From: Thermoplasmata archaeon
Lineage (GTDB): Archaea > Thermoplasmatota > Thermoplasmata > Thermoplasmatales > GCA-001856825
Direction of reading: 5' to 3'
Length of the DNA stretch: 64,000 nucleotides
NCBI GenBank assembly: GCA_021792255.1
Contig: JAJYUZ010000002.1
Span: 160,001 to 224,000 of the forward strand
In this document: positions 29,454 to 39,323 of the stretch, piece by piece
Layout: each line of letters starts with the position of its first letter
How positions within the stretch are numbered: position 1 is the first letter of the stretch
Position numbers and translations under genes: made by a program
The notes under the pieces: model-generated
Seen by the model: only the letters and a program-made list of their open reading frames with translations
Told to the model about the DNA's origin: nothing
Databases searched by the model: none

Positions 29454-30721
29454 TTTACGATTCCCAATTTAAGGGGCCTAGCAAGGTGCCTTCGAGCAAT
29501 AATGGGTACTTCATAAAATCCCGGAGCTATTTCCCTGTTCTCAGTCCTTTCTTCTCCTTTATTGCTCCTCGCTCCGCACTTCCTGCATCTGAATCCCCCA
29601 CTTCTTCCGACGCTTTCCATCCTTGTCTTGCATTTTGGGCACAAGGGAGGTCTGATTTCCTTGATCCTGGATACGGAAATGACCTCAATTTTTTCTATGT
29701 TGATGAATCCAACTTTTGTGATACCTCCATAGACCCTTACCTCGTCCCCTCTAGTCAATTTTGACAGTAGAGTTCTAAATTCCTTGGTAGGCTCCATCGC
29801 TACGACCCTTATTTTTTTTCCATTAGATTCAATATCGAAGCTTAGAATTCCCCCTCTGCTCCAGGAGGGTTCTGAAGAAACGAAACCCCTGATTATTGAA
29901 GAACTGTAGAGTTTAGATTCTTCAATGGTTCTCTCTACGAGATGATCGTCTGTTGCCTGATTAGTCTTGTATATTACAAAAGATGAAAAAGGCTCGCTCT
30001 TGATGTACCTCTCATAGTCAATAAGTCTCGTCGGTTCGATGCTCCTGATACCAAAAAGGACCGGTGTCTTGGTTGTTGGCCTAATTGCATTGTAGTTGTT
30101 CTTAAAATCAAAATTGTCGAAGGTATCAACGAATGTTCTTTCAATCAACTTCGAGCTCGAGTCATCGACAAAATGGCTTCCGCTCCACATTTCTCTTTCG
30201 AGATACGCTATCAACTCATAGGTAGGGTTCCTCTCTGGCCATGAGATCGCTGCGTTGGCTCCTACTATACCAACCTGTCCATTTATCGACCAAAAGTCTC
30301 CCTTGACCTTATCCACCACCTTTGCATAGTCTACGAATTCTCTAACGGCATCCCAGTAGAAATTCTCATCATTCTTTTCTCTCCCGATCACCAGGGCCGG
30401 ATTTGTATCCTTTTCCTTGGGGGAGAATTTTTCGATTATGGACATTATATCGATGTCCATTCTTTCTTCCCGGTACCGTTTGAAAGAGTTGATACTTTCC
30501 TCACCAATTCTTCCGACGACCTCTTTTTTGCCTTCTCCCCTCCCAAGCGTCAGGGAAATGGCAGCATTTCCCCTGGTTTTCAGCGGAATGTTGGGGTTCA
30601 ACCTTACCAACCTTGGAAAACCTATTAGATCCAGATTTGAGTTCTTCAAAATCTCTATGGTCAGATAAGTAGTGCACATTTCTGTACGGGAATCAGTGTC
30701 ATCGATACCGAGAATGGGCAC
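29450..30721 (-). CDS. tiaS: tRNA(Ile2) agmatinylcytidine synthetase
   Basis: GIDDTDS..MCTTY, LVRLNPNIP.KTRGN, TNQATDDH, zinc ribbon, RRHLARP. Confidence 0.95.
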   Translation of the reverse strand: MPILGIDDTDSRTEMCTTYLTIEILKNSNLDLIGFPRLVRLNPNIPLKTRGNAAISLTLGRGEGKKEVVGRIGEESINSFKRYREERMDIDIMSIIEKFSPKEKDTNPALVIGREKNDENFYWDAVREFVDYAKVVDKVKGDFWSINGQVGIVGANAAISWPERNPTYELIAYLEREMWSGSHFVDDSSSKLIERTFVDTFDNFDFKNNYNAIRPTTKTPVLFGIRSIEPTRLIDYERYIKSEPFSSFVIYKTNQATDDHLVERTIEESKLYSSSIIRGFVSSEPSWSRGGILSFDIESNGKKIRVVAMEPTKEFRTLLSKLTRGDEVRVYGGITKVGFINIEKIEVISVSRIKEIRPPLCPKCKTRMESVGRSGGFRCRKCGARSNKGEERTENREIAPGFYEVPIIARRHLARPLKLGIVK

Positions 30722-31506
30722 TATTTTCCGTACCTCCTCTGTCTTTTCTGATAATCTCTGACCGCCTTTAGGAGGTCAAGTTTGGTGATATCAGGCCAGT
30801 ATACGTCAGTAAAATACAACTCTGAATAGGCCGACTGCCATAAGAGAAAATTGCTAATCCTCTCCTCTCCCGAGGTCCTGATGACAAGATCTGGATCTTC
30901 CATCTCTCCAGTGTAGAGATATTTTTCAATCAGTTTCTCGTTAATGTCTTCAGGTTCGAGCTTGCCCTTCTTGACTTCCTTTGAAATGTTCTTTATCGCG
31001 TCAAGAATCTCTTCTCTACCTCCGTACGCTATTGCAACATTCAGTTGGTACTTATCAAAATTCTTGGTGTATTCTTCGGCCCTCTTAGCAGCTTCCTTGA
31101 CGAACTCTGGAAGAAGCTCAGTCTTCCCAATCAGTCTCACCTTAATTCTGTTTTTTGTAATTCTTTCGTCCTGTATAATGTCCTGGAAGCTGTTAGCATA
31201 TAGGTTCATAAGATATTCTATTTCTGATGAATCTCTTTTGAAATTCTCAGTAGAAAAAGCATAGACAGTCACTATCTTGATTCCTATATCGTAGGCCCAG
31301 TCCAGAAACTCCTCGAGTCTCTCTTTGCCCAACAGGTGTCCTTTATCTCTAGAAACGCTCAGTTGTCTTGCGAACCTTCTGTTACCATCCATTATGACTG
31401 CAATGTGCTTTGGCAGCGGATCTTTTCTGATGTCCTCTAAGAGACTCTGTTCGTACATTTCTCTTATCCCTGAGAGGACAGAGTTGAAGAATCCCTGTTT
31501 CGGCAT
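30721..31506 (-). CDS. uppS: cis-prenyltransferase (UppS family)
   Basis: HIAVIMDGNRR, YAFSTENF, YGGREE, RTSGEERISNFLLWQ, RRYG. Confidence 0.96.
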   Translation of the reverse strand: MPKQGFFNSVLSGIREMYEQSLLEDIRKDPLPKHIAVIMDGNRRFARQLSVSRDKGHLLGKERLEEFLDWAYDIGIKIVTVYAFSTENFKRDSSEIEYLMNLYANSFQDIIQDERITKNRIKVRLIGKTELLPEFVKEAAKRAEEYTKNFDKYQLNVAIAYGGREEILDAIKNISKEVKKGKLEPEDINEKLIEKYLYTGEMEDPDLVIRTSGEERISNFLLWQSAYSELYFTDVYWPDITKLDLLKAVRDYQKRQRRYGK

Positions 31507-31538
31507 GCGCCCTTAAATGGATAAAAGGGATAAATTGT

Positions 31539-32432
31539 TTACTTCTTTCTCATTCGGAAATAAAATAAGGAAGAAGATGGAGAATAACCGTGGACTATCC
31601 TGCTCTGTACGACTTCTACTCCCTTAAATTCTATTTTATCCTTTCTATTCGAAATATGAGTCAGGTGAATGATGGTTCCTCGTCCCAAGCTCGAAACAAC
31701 ATTCTGGAACACACTCAATGGCTGGGATGGATTATTCATTAATACCTGATCTACTCCTTCAAAGCAATCGAGGATTCTGTTGGAATCTGCGACCAGCACC
31801 TCTCCACAAACCTTGTTCAACTTCATGTTTTGCCTGAGCAATTTTGTAGCATCTTGGTTCATATCAATTGAAAGGACTTTTACTCCACTTTTCAGGAGGG
31901 GGATTGACAAAGGCCCAACACCAGCATACATATCCACTACCAACCCCGTCTTAACCGTTTGAAAGCAGCTTTTAATAATATCTCTCCTCAATCCCGCCAG
32001 ACGAGGAGAGAAATATGCCCGTTCAAGGTTCACCAAGTACCTGAATCCGTTTTCTTTGTGAATGCCAGCTGGCTCTCCCGTGCCATAAATTCTCCTTAGC
32101 TTTCTGATCCTGAAGGATCCTTCTACCCCCTCATCCAGGAAAATTGCTCTGGGTGATTGTTTTTCCTTGATTTCTTCTAATATTCGCTCCCATCCCTCTC
32201 TTTGCTTTATTACAAAGAAGTCGGAGATTCTTTCAAAGCTGCCGACATGAGTCATTCTTCTCGTCACGTTCACTTCGAATTCTGTTTCGTCCTCAGAATG
32301 CTTGACCGGTACAAGAATCCAGGTTCCCTCTCTTTTTACTTTATAACCAGGAAGGAGTTCGCCCATTCGCTTCAGTCTGTCTATCTCTTTCTTCGCATCG
32401 ATTTGAGGAACTTTTATGTATGGGACTCTCAA
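31539..32432 (-). CDS. Trm5/Taw family tRNA methyltransferase
   Basis: HKENG, YFSPRL, VDMYAGVGP, MNNP. Confidence 0.82.
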   Translation of the reverse strand: MRVPYIKVPQIDAKKEIDRLKRMGELLPGYKVKREGTWILVPVKHSEDETEFEVNVTRRMTHVGSFERISDFFVIKQREGWERILEEIKEKQSPRAIFLDEGVEGSFRIRKLRRIYGTGEPAGIHKENGFRYLVNLERAYFSPRLAGLRRDIIKSCFQTVKTGLVVDMYAGVGPLSIPLLKSGVKVLSIDMNQDATKLLRQNMKLNKVCGEVLVADSNRILDCFEGVDQVLMNNPSQPLSVFQNVVSSLGRGTIIHLTHISNRKDKIEFKGVEVVQSRIVHGYSPSSSLFYFRMRKK

Positions 32433-32472
32433 CGTAGGAAAATGTATTTATTTAATATAACTTTGGGAATTT

Positions 32473-32778
32473 GTGTTCTGTCCTAAATGTGGATCTATGA
32501 TGTTCCCAAAAGGTGATTTTTGGGTCTGCAGGAAATGCGGAAATACCTTTCAAATCAAAGAAGAAGAGAAGAAGGGGATAGTGGAGAAAGGGAAAAAGAA
32601 AGAAACGATAGTTGTAGAAAAAGAGGAAATCAATCTTCCGATAGACAAGACCGTCCAGTGTCCAAAATGCCACGAGTTCGGTGTCTACTGGGAGGCCATG
32701 CAGACCAGAGCCGCGGACGAACCGGAAACTAGATTCTACACGTGCACTCACTGCGGCCACAGATGGAGAGAGTACTGA
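32473..32778 (+). CDS. tfs: Transcription factor S
   Basis: Two zinc ribbons; QTRAADEP acidic hairpin; WREY. Confidence 0.95.
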   Translation: MFCPKCGSMMFPKGDFWVCRKCGNTFQIKEEEKKGIVEKGKKKETIVVEKEEINLPIDKTVQCPKCHEFGVYWEAMQTRAADEPETRFYTCTHCGHRWREY

Positions 32779-32838
32779 ATCCTCCATAATCCCATATTGG
32801 AATTATTTTCGATATTGCGCGTTGCCTTTATTTTGGAA

Positions 32839-33234
32839 TTATCCGAATCCCACTACGTCCTTCTTCTTCTGTAAAGTCGGCATTGGAATTGGAGGGGGAA
32901 GACGCAAATCCCTCGCAATAAGTATAGTTTCAATCACTGACGAGGAGAAAATTGCTGTTTGAACCTCGTTGGCCACAGAATCGGGGAGAATCTTATCCTT
33001 CTTCCACTTGACTTCGAATTCTTCATCACCCTGATAAAGCAAAGAACCTTCAAGCGAAATGGCTCCCAGAGCCGAAAATGATGAGGTGAATTTGTAGACA
33101 ATTCTTGAGAATTCGTTTTCTTTCCTAACGTCTACTATCGTAAGATTTTGATCTATCCTCACTTCTTGGGGCCTGGTGTCGATAACGGTGTATCTTCTTC
33201 CCTCTATCGAGGTAATCTCAAGATCTTTTATCAC
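32839..33234 (-). CDS. Conserved archaeal hypothetical protein
   Basis: 131-aa ORF ending in ARDLRLPPPIP.P. Confidence 0.7.
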   Translation of the reverse strand: MIKDLEITSIEGRRYTVIDTRPQEVRIDQNLTIVDVRKENEFSRIVYKFTSSFSALGAISLEGSLLYQGDEEFEVKWKKDKILPDSVANEVQTAIFSSSVIETILIARDLRLPPPIPMPTLQKKKDVVGFG

Positions 33235-33306
33235 AATTCGTCAGTATAATTCAGATAAATTGTTTTTCCTTTCCGGAATACAGATCAGGTGATCACCGAA
33301 TACCAA

Positions 33307-34038
33307 TCACTTATTTCTGATCTTCAGAAATTCCGAATAAAATTCAGGGATGCTTTCGTATTCGATTGGGTCTTCCGAGTCTGCCTGCATAAAGCCCTTG
33401 AGTCTAAGCTTGCATGAATCACAAACTCCACATGCCTTTTCTCCTCCCTTATAGCAAGACCAAGTGAGTTCTAGTGGTGTTTTCAACCTGATGGCAAGTC
33501 TTACTATATCTGCCTTGGAGTACCTAAGGAGTGGGGCCTCAACCTCGATGCTTCCACCCTCCACAGTCTTCTTGGTAGCCAGACTGAAAGTTTTATTGAT
33601 CGACTCAAAATATTCGGGTCTACAGTCTGGATAGCCAGAATAATCGAGTGAGTTGGCCCCTATGAAAATTTTTGATGAATCAGTGACCTCTGCAAGTCCC
33701 AGTGCTATCGAAAGCATTATCGTATTCCTTGCAGGAACATAGGTCACCGGTATCTCCTTACCTATGTCGTTGAGAGATTTTTCAGGAACCGAAATATCAT
33801 CGGTCAAAGCGCTTCCACCTATCATTCTCAGGTCCATTTTCATGATCTTGTGTTTGACCCTGTAGTAGTCCGCAATCTTTCTGGCTGACTCCAGCTCCTT
33901 GCTGTGTCGCTGCCCATAATCAAAAGACAGCGCCACTACTTCATAGCCTTGCGAAACAGCATAGGAAAGAAGAGTAGAACTGTCGAGTCCACCCGACAGC
34001 AGACTTACTGCTTTCTTATTTCCAGATCGATTTAGCAT
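33307..34038 (-). CDS. queC: 7-cyano-7-deazaguanine synthase
   Basis: SGGLDS, YGQRH, TYVPARN, YPDCR, TWSCY, CG.CDSC.LR. Confidence 0.96.
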   Translation of the reverse strand: MLNRSGNKKAVSLLSGGLDSSTLLSYAVSQGYEVVALSFDYGQRHSKELESARKIADYYRVKHKIMKMDLRMIGGSALTDDISVPEKSLNDIGKEIPVTYVPARNTIMLSIALGLAEVTDSSKIFIGANSLDYSGYPDCRPEYFESINKTFSLATKKTVEGGSIEVEAPLLRYSKADIVRLAIRLKTPLELTWSCYKGGEKACGVCDSCKLRLKGFMQADSEDPIEYESIPEFYSEFLKIRNK

Positions 34039-34504
34039 ACTGACCAGGTCCTTCGTGAACTTCTATTTCCACCTGCTCCACGTTCAGTCCTAGAGATTTG
34101 ACAAACTTGTCTAGAATATATTCGCTCAAGCACTCTGCCGTTGTGTCCTTCACCGGCAAAACTCTACACTCTTCCTCAGGGAAGCTGTACTTTTTACCTT
34201 CTAAGCTGACAGTAAGGTTGCCTTCTTTCCTTTCAAAGACTATTCCTCTTCTCTTCTCTGGGATGAGAACCCTGTGGTCAAGAAAATCCGCGATTTCTCT
34301 CAAATTAGACTTACCCTTTGTGAAGTCTAGAAAATAGGTCTTGTCATCCATCGCACCGATGATCTTGACAGAAATAGAATAGTCGTGGCCGTGAATCCTA
34401 GAGCATTTCCAGTCTCCCGGAATAAAGTGGGCTGAGGAAAATCTTATGTTTGAGTAATTCCCATCTATGAATATCTCCACGGCAGGGTATCTACATTTAC
34501 GCAA
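34016..34504 (-). CDS. queD: 6-carboxy-5,6,7,8-tetrahydropterin synthase
   Basis: FSSAH, CSRIHGH, LDH, TTAE; coupled to queC. Confidence 0.9.
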   Translation of the reverse strand: MRKCRYPAVEIFIDGNYSNIRFSSAHFIPGDWKCSRIHGHDYSISVKIIGAMDDKTYFLDFTKGKSNLREIADFLDHRVLIPEKRRGIVFERKEGNLTVSLEGKKYSFPEEECRVLPVKDTTAECLSEYILDKFVKSLGLNVEQVEIEVHEGPGQYAKSIWK

Positions 34505-34560
34505 AAATCCTTTGGGGTAGAGTCAGCAAGAATTATATGTACTGTGAGAGTTAAGAGGAT

Positions 34561-34902
34561 ATGACCAAAATACTCTACTTGGTTATGAGTGGAAAAGAAG
34601 CAGAACAGAAATTCGACATGGCGATCATCTCAGCTCTTAGAATGATCGAAAACAAGAGGGTAGAAAAGATGAAGCTATTGTTCTATGGGCCAAGTGAGAC
34701 GCTTCTCGCTCAAGTAACTGGCGAAAGAGCAGAAACGATAAAGAAGCTCATTGGTTACGGTGCAGTGGACTCTGCCTGCACTATGTTTGCCAAAAACATG
34801 AAGATAGAAAATGAACTGAATATTCTAGGGGTCCCTCTCGAAGCCTATGGACAGAGGTTAGCTGCCCTCCTAGGGGAGGGTTATATCCCGGTCTCATTCT
34901 GA
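34561..34902 (+). CDS. DsrE-like protein
   Basis: LLFYGPSE, SAC..FA and C-terminal GY..VSF pattern. Confidence 0.7.
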   Translation: MTKILYLVMSGKEAEQKFDMAIISALRMIENKRVEKMKLLFYGPSETLLAQVTGERAETIKKLIGYGAVDSACTMFAKNMKIENELNILGVPLEAYGQRLAALLGEGYIPVSF

Positions 34903-36530
34903 GACTCAATGTATTCTGGCTGCGATTGATCACCAATTGGAGGAATAAGCAGAAGACTGGTGTTAGAGGGCATCTCTCCTCTCTTCTCTCTAAAAGCGGA
35001 AAATATCACGTTCGGATAAAACTTCATTTTCTCCAGCATCCTCCCCCTTCTGTTTAGGTCAGAGTATTCGCACTCCACCGGGATTTTCCTGTCGTCTTTT
35101 ATGATCACCAGATCTGGGCGATGTCCATCATAATCTAGGCCTTCGTACACTTCATATCCCTTGCTTTTGAAAAAGAAGTAGGATCTGGTGATGAGGTACC
35201 TATGAAACAACGATTCGTTTCCTTTCACGTGTCTAGAACCGATCTTTTCGTAATACTCCATCTCAAGGTGCACTTTTCCATCTACGATCGTCGCTAGACC
35301 AAGCGAAACCAGATGGCTCAGGTAGGCTGGGTCTATGTTCTCGGGGAATTCCTGATCTACAAATTCCCTGCTCCCGTCAAAATCGTAGAACTCTTCAGAG
35401 ACCGAAAATTCCCTAGTCTGTTCTGCCAATCTTGTTGTTCCCGTAAACAAGCTCCCAGTTCTTGGCACAAGACAATTAAAGTGATAGAAGTCGGGAGCCC
35501 TCAGAATCCTGCCATCCCGTCTGAAAGTGTACGCGTCCTCATCAGAGAGCTGGAAAAGGAAGAAATTATGGACATTTGTCTTTATGCTGGAAGCTAGTGT
35601 CGGATCCAATCCCGAGAGCGACTGCGTGCTCATCAGCGCCCAGAGAGAGAACTTTCTGCCTTCGGTCACAATTCTCTGTGAAATATGAGGAGACAGGGTT
35701 TGGAACTCGTCCATTATCACCACTACATCCTTCATTCTCCTTAGAATAATATTGTTCCAAATCTTGTAGAGAAGCATAATGGAAAATGGTCTGGAAAGGG
35801 AAGAAGGAGAGTACTCCCCTGATAGTTCCACATAGAGCGTGCTGTCAAGTTTCGAAATGTCGTAAAAGTCCTCTCTTGATGAGAACATTCGTTTCGATAC
35901 TTCGTTTGAAATCAGCGGCAGTATCTTATTGACCGTAGAAGAGATGAAGTCGTACCCCTGATTGAATATTGAGAGGAATTCTGTCCTTTCGTCTGGTTCG
36001 AGAGATGAGGCAAAATCCTTCCTCTTGTAATAATTCAATAGCAGGTCTGCGAGGTCCTGTATTGTAGGGGTAACTTTGTACTTTAGCAGCAACCTGGTCA
36101 CGATGGTGAAGATCAACTCTATCCTAGGGCCCCACGTGCCTATAGAAAAGGCAGACTCACTTGAAAATATGTCTTTCAGAGTCTGAACGACCAGCTCCTC
36201 GTTTATCAGCCTCTCCCTTTCGTTCCGGTACGGCAGTACTGACATCAAATTGAATTTCAGGTATCCAGTGCGTACTCCAGAATAAGGTGACAGAGTTATG
36301 ACAGAAGAGTCAGGCTTCCCATATTTCCACAGCTCCCCGTGAGGATCGAACACGATAACTTTTTTTCCGTCTTCTTCATACAATCGAATCAACTGAACGA
36401 GCAGGTTGGACTTACCCGTTCCAGTCTTTCCAAGTATGAGAGAGTGATTTTCCAAAAATTCTGGAGGAAAGATTATTCTCTTCTCCTTAAGAGGGAATGG
36501 TATCCCAGATTCATAAGGCCAGTAATCCAT
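34881..36530 (-). CDS. HerA/VirB4/TraG-like (DUF87) ATPase with a C-terminal PD-(D/E)XK-like domain
   Basis: GKTGTGKS, FDPHGE, IMDEFQ, EGRKF, STQ; C-terminal ESLFH...GYEV...RPDL...VECE. GGGGTGA RBS favours the start at 36530. Confidence 0.8.
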   Translation of the reverse strand: MDYWPYESGIPFPLKEKRIIFPPEFLENHSLILGKTGTGKSNLLVQLIRLYEEDGKKVIVFDPHGELWKYGKPDSSVITLSPYSGVRTGYLKFNLMSVLPYRNERERLINEELVVQTLKDIFSSESAFSIGTWGPRIELIFTIVTRLLLKYKVTPTIQDLADLLLNYYKRKDFASSLEPDERTEFLSIFNQGYDFISSTVNKILPLISNEVSKRMFSSREDFYDISKLDSTLYVELSGEYSPSSLSRPFSIMLLYKIWNNIILRRMKDVVVIMDEFQTLSPHISQRIVTEGRKFSLWALMSTQSLSGLDPTLASSIKTNVHNFFLFQLSDEDAYTFRRDGRILRAPDFYHFNCLVPRTGSLFTGTTRLAEQTREFSVSEEFYDFDGSREFVDQEFPENIDPAYLSHLVSLGLATIVDGKVHLEMEYYEKIGSRHVKGNESLFHRYLITRSYFFFKSKGYEVYEGLDYDGHRPDLVIIKDDRKIPVECEYSDLNRRGRMLEKMKFYPNVIFSAFREKRGEMPSNTSLLLIPPIGDQSQPEYIESQNETGI

Positions 36531-37068
36531 TCTTATCACCCCCATTTATTAGAGAATACAACTCGAAGCTGGTCACTATCAGAGAATTGCCCTTCTTGAA
36601 TGTCAGGGACTGCTTTCCATCTTTGCTGGAATAGTCTCGTGCGAGGAATGGAGAAAACAGTCTGATTCTGTACAACACTCTCTTCGCCTTTCCCCCTAGT
36701 CTCTTTCTCTTGAAGGGATTCAGTGTGCGGTACCTCTCGACCTTCAATCGTATCTCATCTCCCTTAATCAATAAGATTGCCGTCTCAGTTAAAAAAGGAA
36801 AAACAGGATCAAAATAGAATTTCGGCTTGTTAAGCAGGAATATATTTTCTTTCCAGCGATCACTCAAGAAAGATCGTTCCATTTTGTTTCCCAGTTCCTC
36901 TCTAGCGTATCGAAGGATCTCAGCTTCTTTCCCGTCGTCGTTGATGAGTATCGTAAGATTCTCATTCTTCCGGATAGTCATTTCGGTTTCTCTGTTCACC
37001 AATATCAGGTTCAGAAGCGTCTGGAGATTGTCTCTGTCCTTGACGTATATCTTCCATTTCGAATACAT
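36511..37068 (-). CDS. Hypothetical basic protein in the ATPase operon
   Basis: GGAGGAGTG RBS; overlaps the ATPase start. Confidence 0.7.
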   Translation of the reverse strand: MYSKWKIYVKDRDNLQTLLNLILVNRETEMTIRKNENLTILINDDGKEAEILRYAREELGNKMERSFLSDRWKENIFLLNKPKFYFDPVFPFLTETAILLIKGDEIRLKVERYRTLNPFKRKRLGGKAKRVLYRIRLFSPFLARDYSSKDGKQSLTFKKGNSLIVTSFELYSLINGGDKNGLLAL

Positions 37069-37215
37069 TCAATTCACTCCTCCAGCACTGCCATCCGTCG
37101 AGATGGAACCTTCATCAAGCAATTCTATGTCCCTGCCAATTTTTCCGAAATTAGAATTGTAGGCAATTTCATTCTCTCCTACAAAAAAGTTGGTCAATGC
37201 TTCTTTCGTTTTCAT
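37069..37215 (-). CDS. Small 48-aa protein (not in the ORF track)
   Basis: GAGGTG RBS; MKTKEALTNFFVGENEIAYNSNFGKIGRDIELLDEGSISTDGSAGGVN*; stop directly abuts the next ATG. Confidence 0.6.
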   Translation of the reverse strand: MKTKEALTNFFVGENEIAYNSNFGKIGRDIELLDEGSISTDGSAGGVN

Positions 37216-37467
37216 AAAAACACCTCTAATCCATTTTCGACGATTCACTAATTTTCAAGAGTCTTCATCAAGGTTAAATAAGCCATTTGTCCGGATTCAA
37301 AGCTAAAAATCACACTATTCTCAAGCAGGCAATACGCACCGCTTTTGTCAGAAAACCTTAGTCCTATACACGAAAATGGATTACAAGATTGAATTCGACC
37401 CAGATATATAAGCTTTAACAGTTATAAGAATGGAAAGAAAATAAAATAATAAAAAATTAAGATGAGT

Positions 37468-37737
37468 TTACTTGTACTTTATCTTGGAAGACGCACTGAA
37501 GTGTACTTTGTTCTTGGAGGGGACCTTTATGATTTGCTTTGTCCTTGGATTCTTAGCATTCCTCGCCTTTGTCTGTTTCCTCGAGAAAATTCCGAATCCT
37601 GCTATCCTTACCTTCTGCCCCTTGTTTATGTTCGTCACAATAGCCTTGAAGGTTCCCCTAATTACTGACTCAGCACTTCTGACAGATACGCCGGAACTCT
37701 TGGCGATGTCTCTGGCAATCTCGTTTATTCCGACCAT
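37468..37737 (-). CDS. HU-family nucleoid protein (HTa-like)
   Basis: GQKVRIAGFGIF...ARNAKNPRT...IKVP...V.F.AS. Confidence 0.93.
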   Translation of the reverse strand: MVGINEIARDIAKSSGVSVRSAESVIRGTFKAIVTNINKGQKVRIAGFGIFSRKQTKARNAKNPRTKQIIKVPSKNKVHFSASSKIKYK

Positions 37738-37876
37738 ATTGAGAATATCTACATTTAATATATAAAGTTAGTGCTATTTTTAAAATCACGGCTGGTATGA
37801 GGAATATCCATTTTATATGAAATATCTTATAGAATACATCAAATATAAATAAGTAGGGTTTAAATACTCCAAGAGT

Positions 37877-38296
37877 CTAGTTTGACATCTTTTGGTGAGT
37901 GACCATTATGCAGATTCCATAGACTACATCGAGGTTTTTGGACAATGCTGTCTTGATTACGTCGGGGTTCTCTGCTCCAAGCTGAAGCCACACAGCCCTT
38001 GGATTCAGACTAGGGGCTTGAAGCACAACTTCTTTGGAAGCCTCCGGATTTCTGAAAATATCTACTATATCGATCTTTATGTCTTTTGGAATGTCTAATA
38101 TCGACGGATATGTTTTCTTTCCATAGATCTCGCTTACACTCGGGTTCACTGGTATTACATTATATCCTTTGTCGATTAGGTACTTTCCGACCTTATTTGA
38201 ATCCCTCTCGGGGTTGGGGGACATTCCGACCACTGCAATATTCTTGCTCTTTTCCAGTAGATCCTTGATCATAGCTGGCTTATCCAGAATCATCAA
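37877..38296 (-). CDS. CoA-binding protein (YccU-like)
   Basis: IAVVGMS.NP.R.S, PVNP, DIVDIFR, WLQLG, CI. Confidence 0.9.
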   Translation of the reverse strand: MMILDKPAMIKDLLEKSKNIAVVGMSPNPERDSNKVGKYLIDKGYNVIPVNPSVSEIYGKKTYPSILDIPKDIKIDIVDIFRNPEASKEVVLQAPSLNPRAVWLQLGAENPDVIKTALSKNLDVVYGICIMVTHQKMSN

Positions 38297-38343
38297 GTAC
38301 TAGATTAAAAATTTCAAATAAAGTTTTCCGAATTTGGACACCG

Positions 38344-39267
38344 TCAAGATGTCGAGAAATAGTCCGTATTCGTTTCTGCCTCTCTGAATAACTTCCCAAG
38401 TCTTCTGACTTCAGAAAGCTGGTAAAGTGAAGAAAAGGAGATGGTAACAGTAGAGCTTTCTTGTTCAAATTGAATTATGGCCGGTCCATTGTTTCTCCTA
38501 AAACCGAATTTTGTTTCACCTTCTTCGAACAGATCGAAAAAGTTCCCTCCATTTCTAAATTCATAGGTTGTGTGCTCGGTAGAAGCGTCTGGGTTGCCAA
38601 TGTCTATCCAGACAGCTCTTCTATTGTAGTCTTCTGAGAGCACAAAGATGGCATGAATTGTCCTATTATCCCTCCGAAAGATTCCTACGGAGTCCAGACA
38701 GAGATTCCCTTCACAGAATTTTCTAAAGGGAGGGGTCCAAGAAAGCCTACCGATACGCTCTTCTTCGAACCACTGCGGGTTTCCATTATTTGCCAAGAAC
38801 GAGCGCTTGTAGAACGGATAGTTTTTGAATCTCGCACTGATGTACGGAGCTACGAGGCTTTCGCTGAGTTTTCTGACATTAAGGCTGGTCTCCCCCTCAA
38901 TTTCGATTTGAGTCCCAAGAGAGAAAGAAGACGATGCCTCTTTTCCCTTGTAATTCTTCCCATAGAATATCACTGCGTCAGTAGTATCGGTACTGGCCAA
39001 GATGGAATATGAAGAGACGAAAGAATCCATAAGGCTCTTTGGAAAACCTGGATAAAACCAGTCAAGAAAGAATTCCTTTACTCTGAGTTTTTCGTTCCCA
39101 ATTGTGCACTCGAATCTTAACGTCGCCCACTTTCTCCCAGGTTCCCTATAAGTCGAGTTATGTACTTCCAGTTCTTCGGGGAGATAGATAAGGAATGGTG
39201 CCTTTTCTTGGAGTTTTTTAAAATCACCGATTCGAATGATCTCGTCTAGCATCGCTCTCGTTTGCAA
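38344..39267 (-). CDS. Hypothetical protein
   Basis: 307-aa ORF rich in aromatic residues; no family recognised. Confidence 0.7.
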   Translation of the reverse strand: MQTRAMLDEIIRIGDFKKLQEKAPFLIYLPEELEVHNSTYREPGRKWATLRFECTIGNEKLRVKEFFLDWFYPGFPKSLMDSFVSSYSILASTDTTDAVIFYGKNYKGKEASSSFSLGTQIEIEGETSLNVRKLSESLVAPYISARFKNYPFYKRSFLANNGNPQWFEEERIGRLSWTPPFRKFCEGNLCLDSVGIFRRDNRTIHAIFVLSEDYNRRAVWIDIGNPDASTEHTTYEFRNGGNFFDLFEEGETKFGFRRNNGPAIIQFEQESSTVTISFSSLYQLSEVRRLGKLFREAETNTDYFSTS

Positions 39268-39323
39268 AATAACTGCATACTTAAACTGTTGGGTTTTTCA
39301 TTCTTCCATCCAACTAGAGGTCT

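Noticed and set aside
37740-37875. AT-rich stretch as a replication origin
   Set aside because: No ORB repeats or cdc6 gene; explained by the HU promoter and a terminator.
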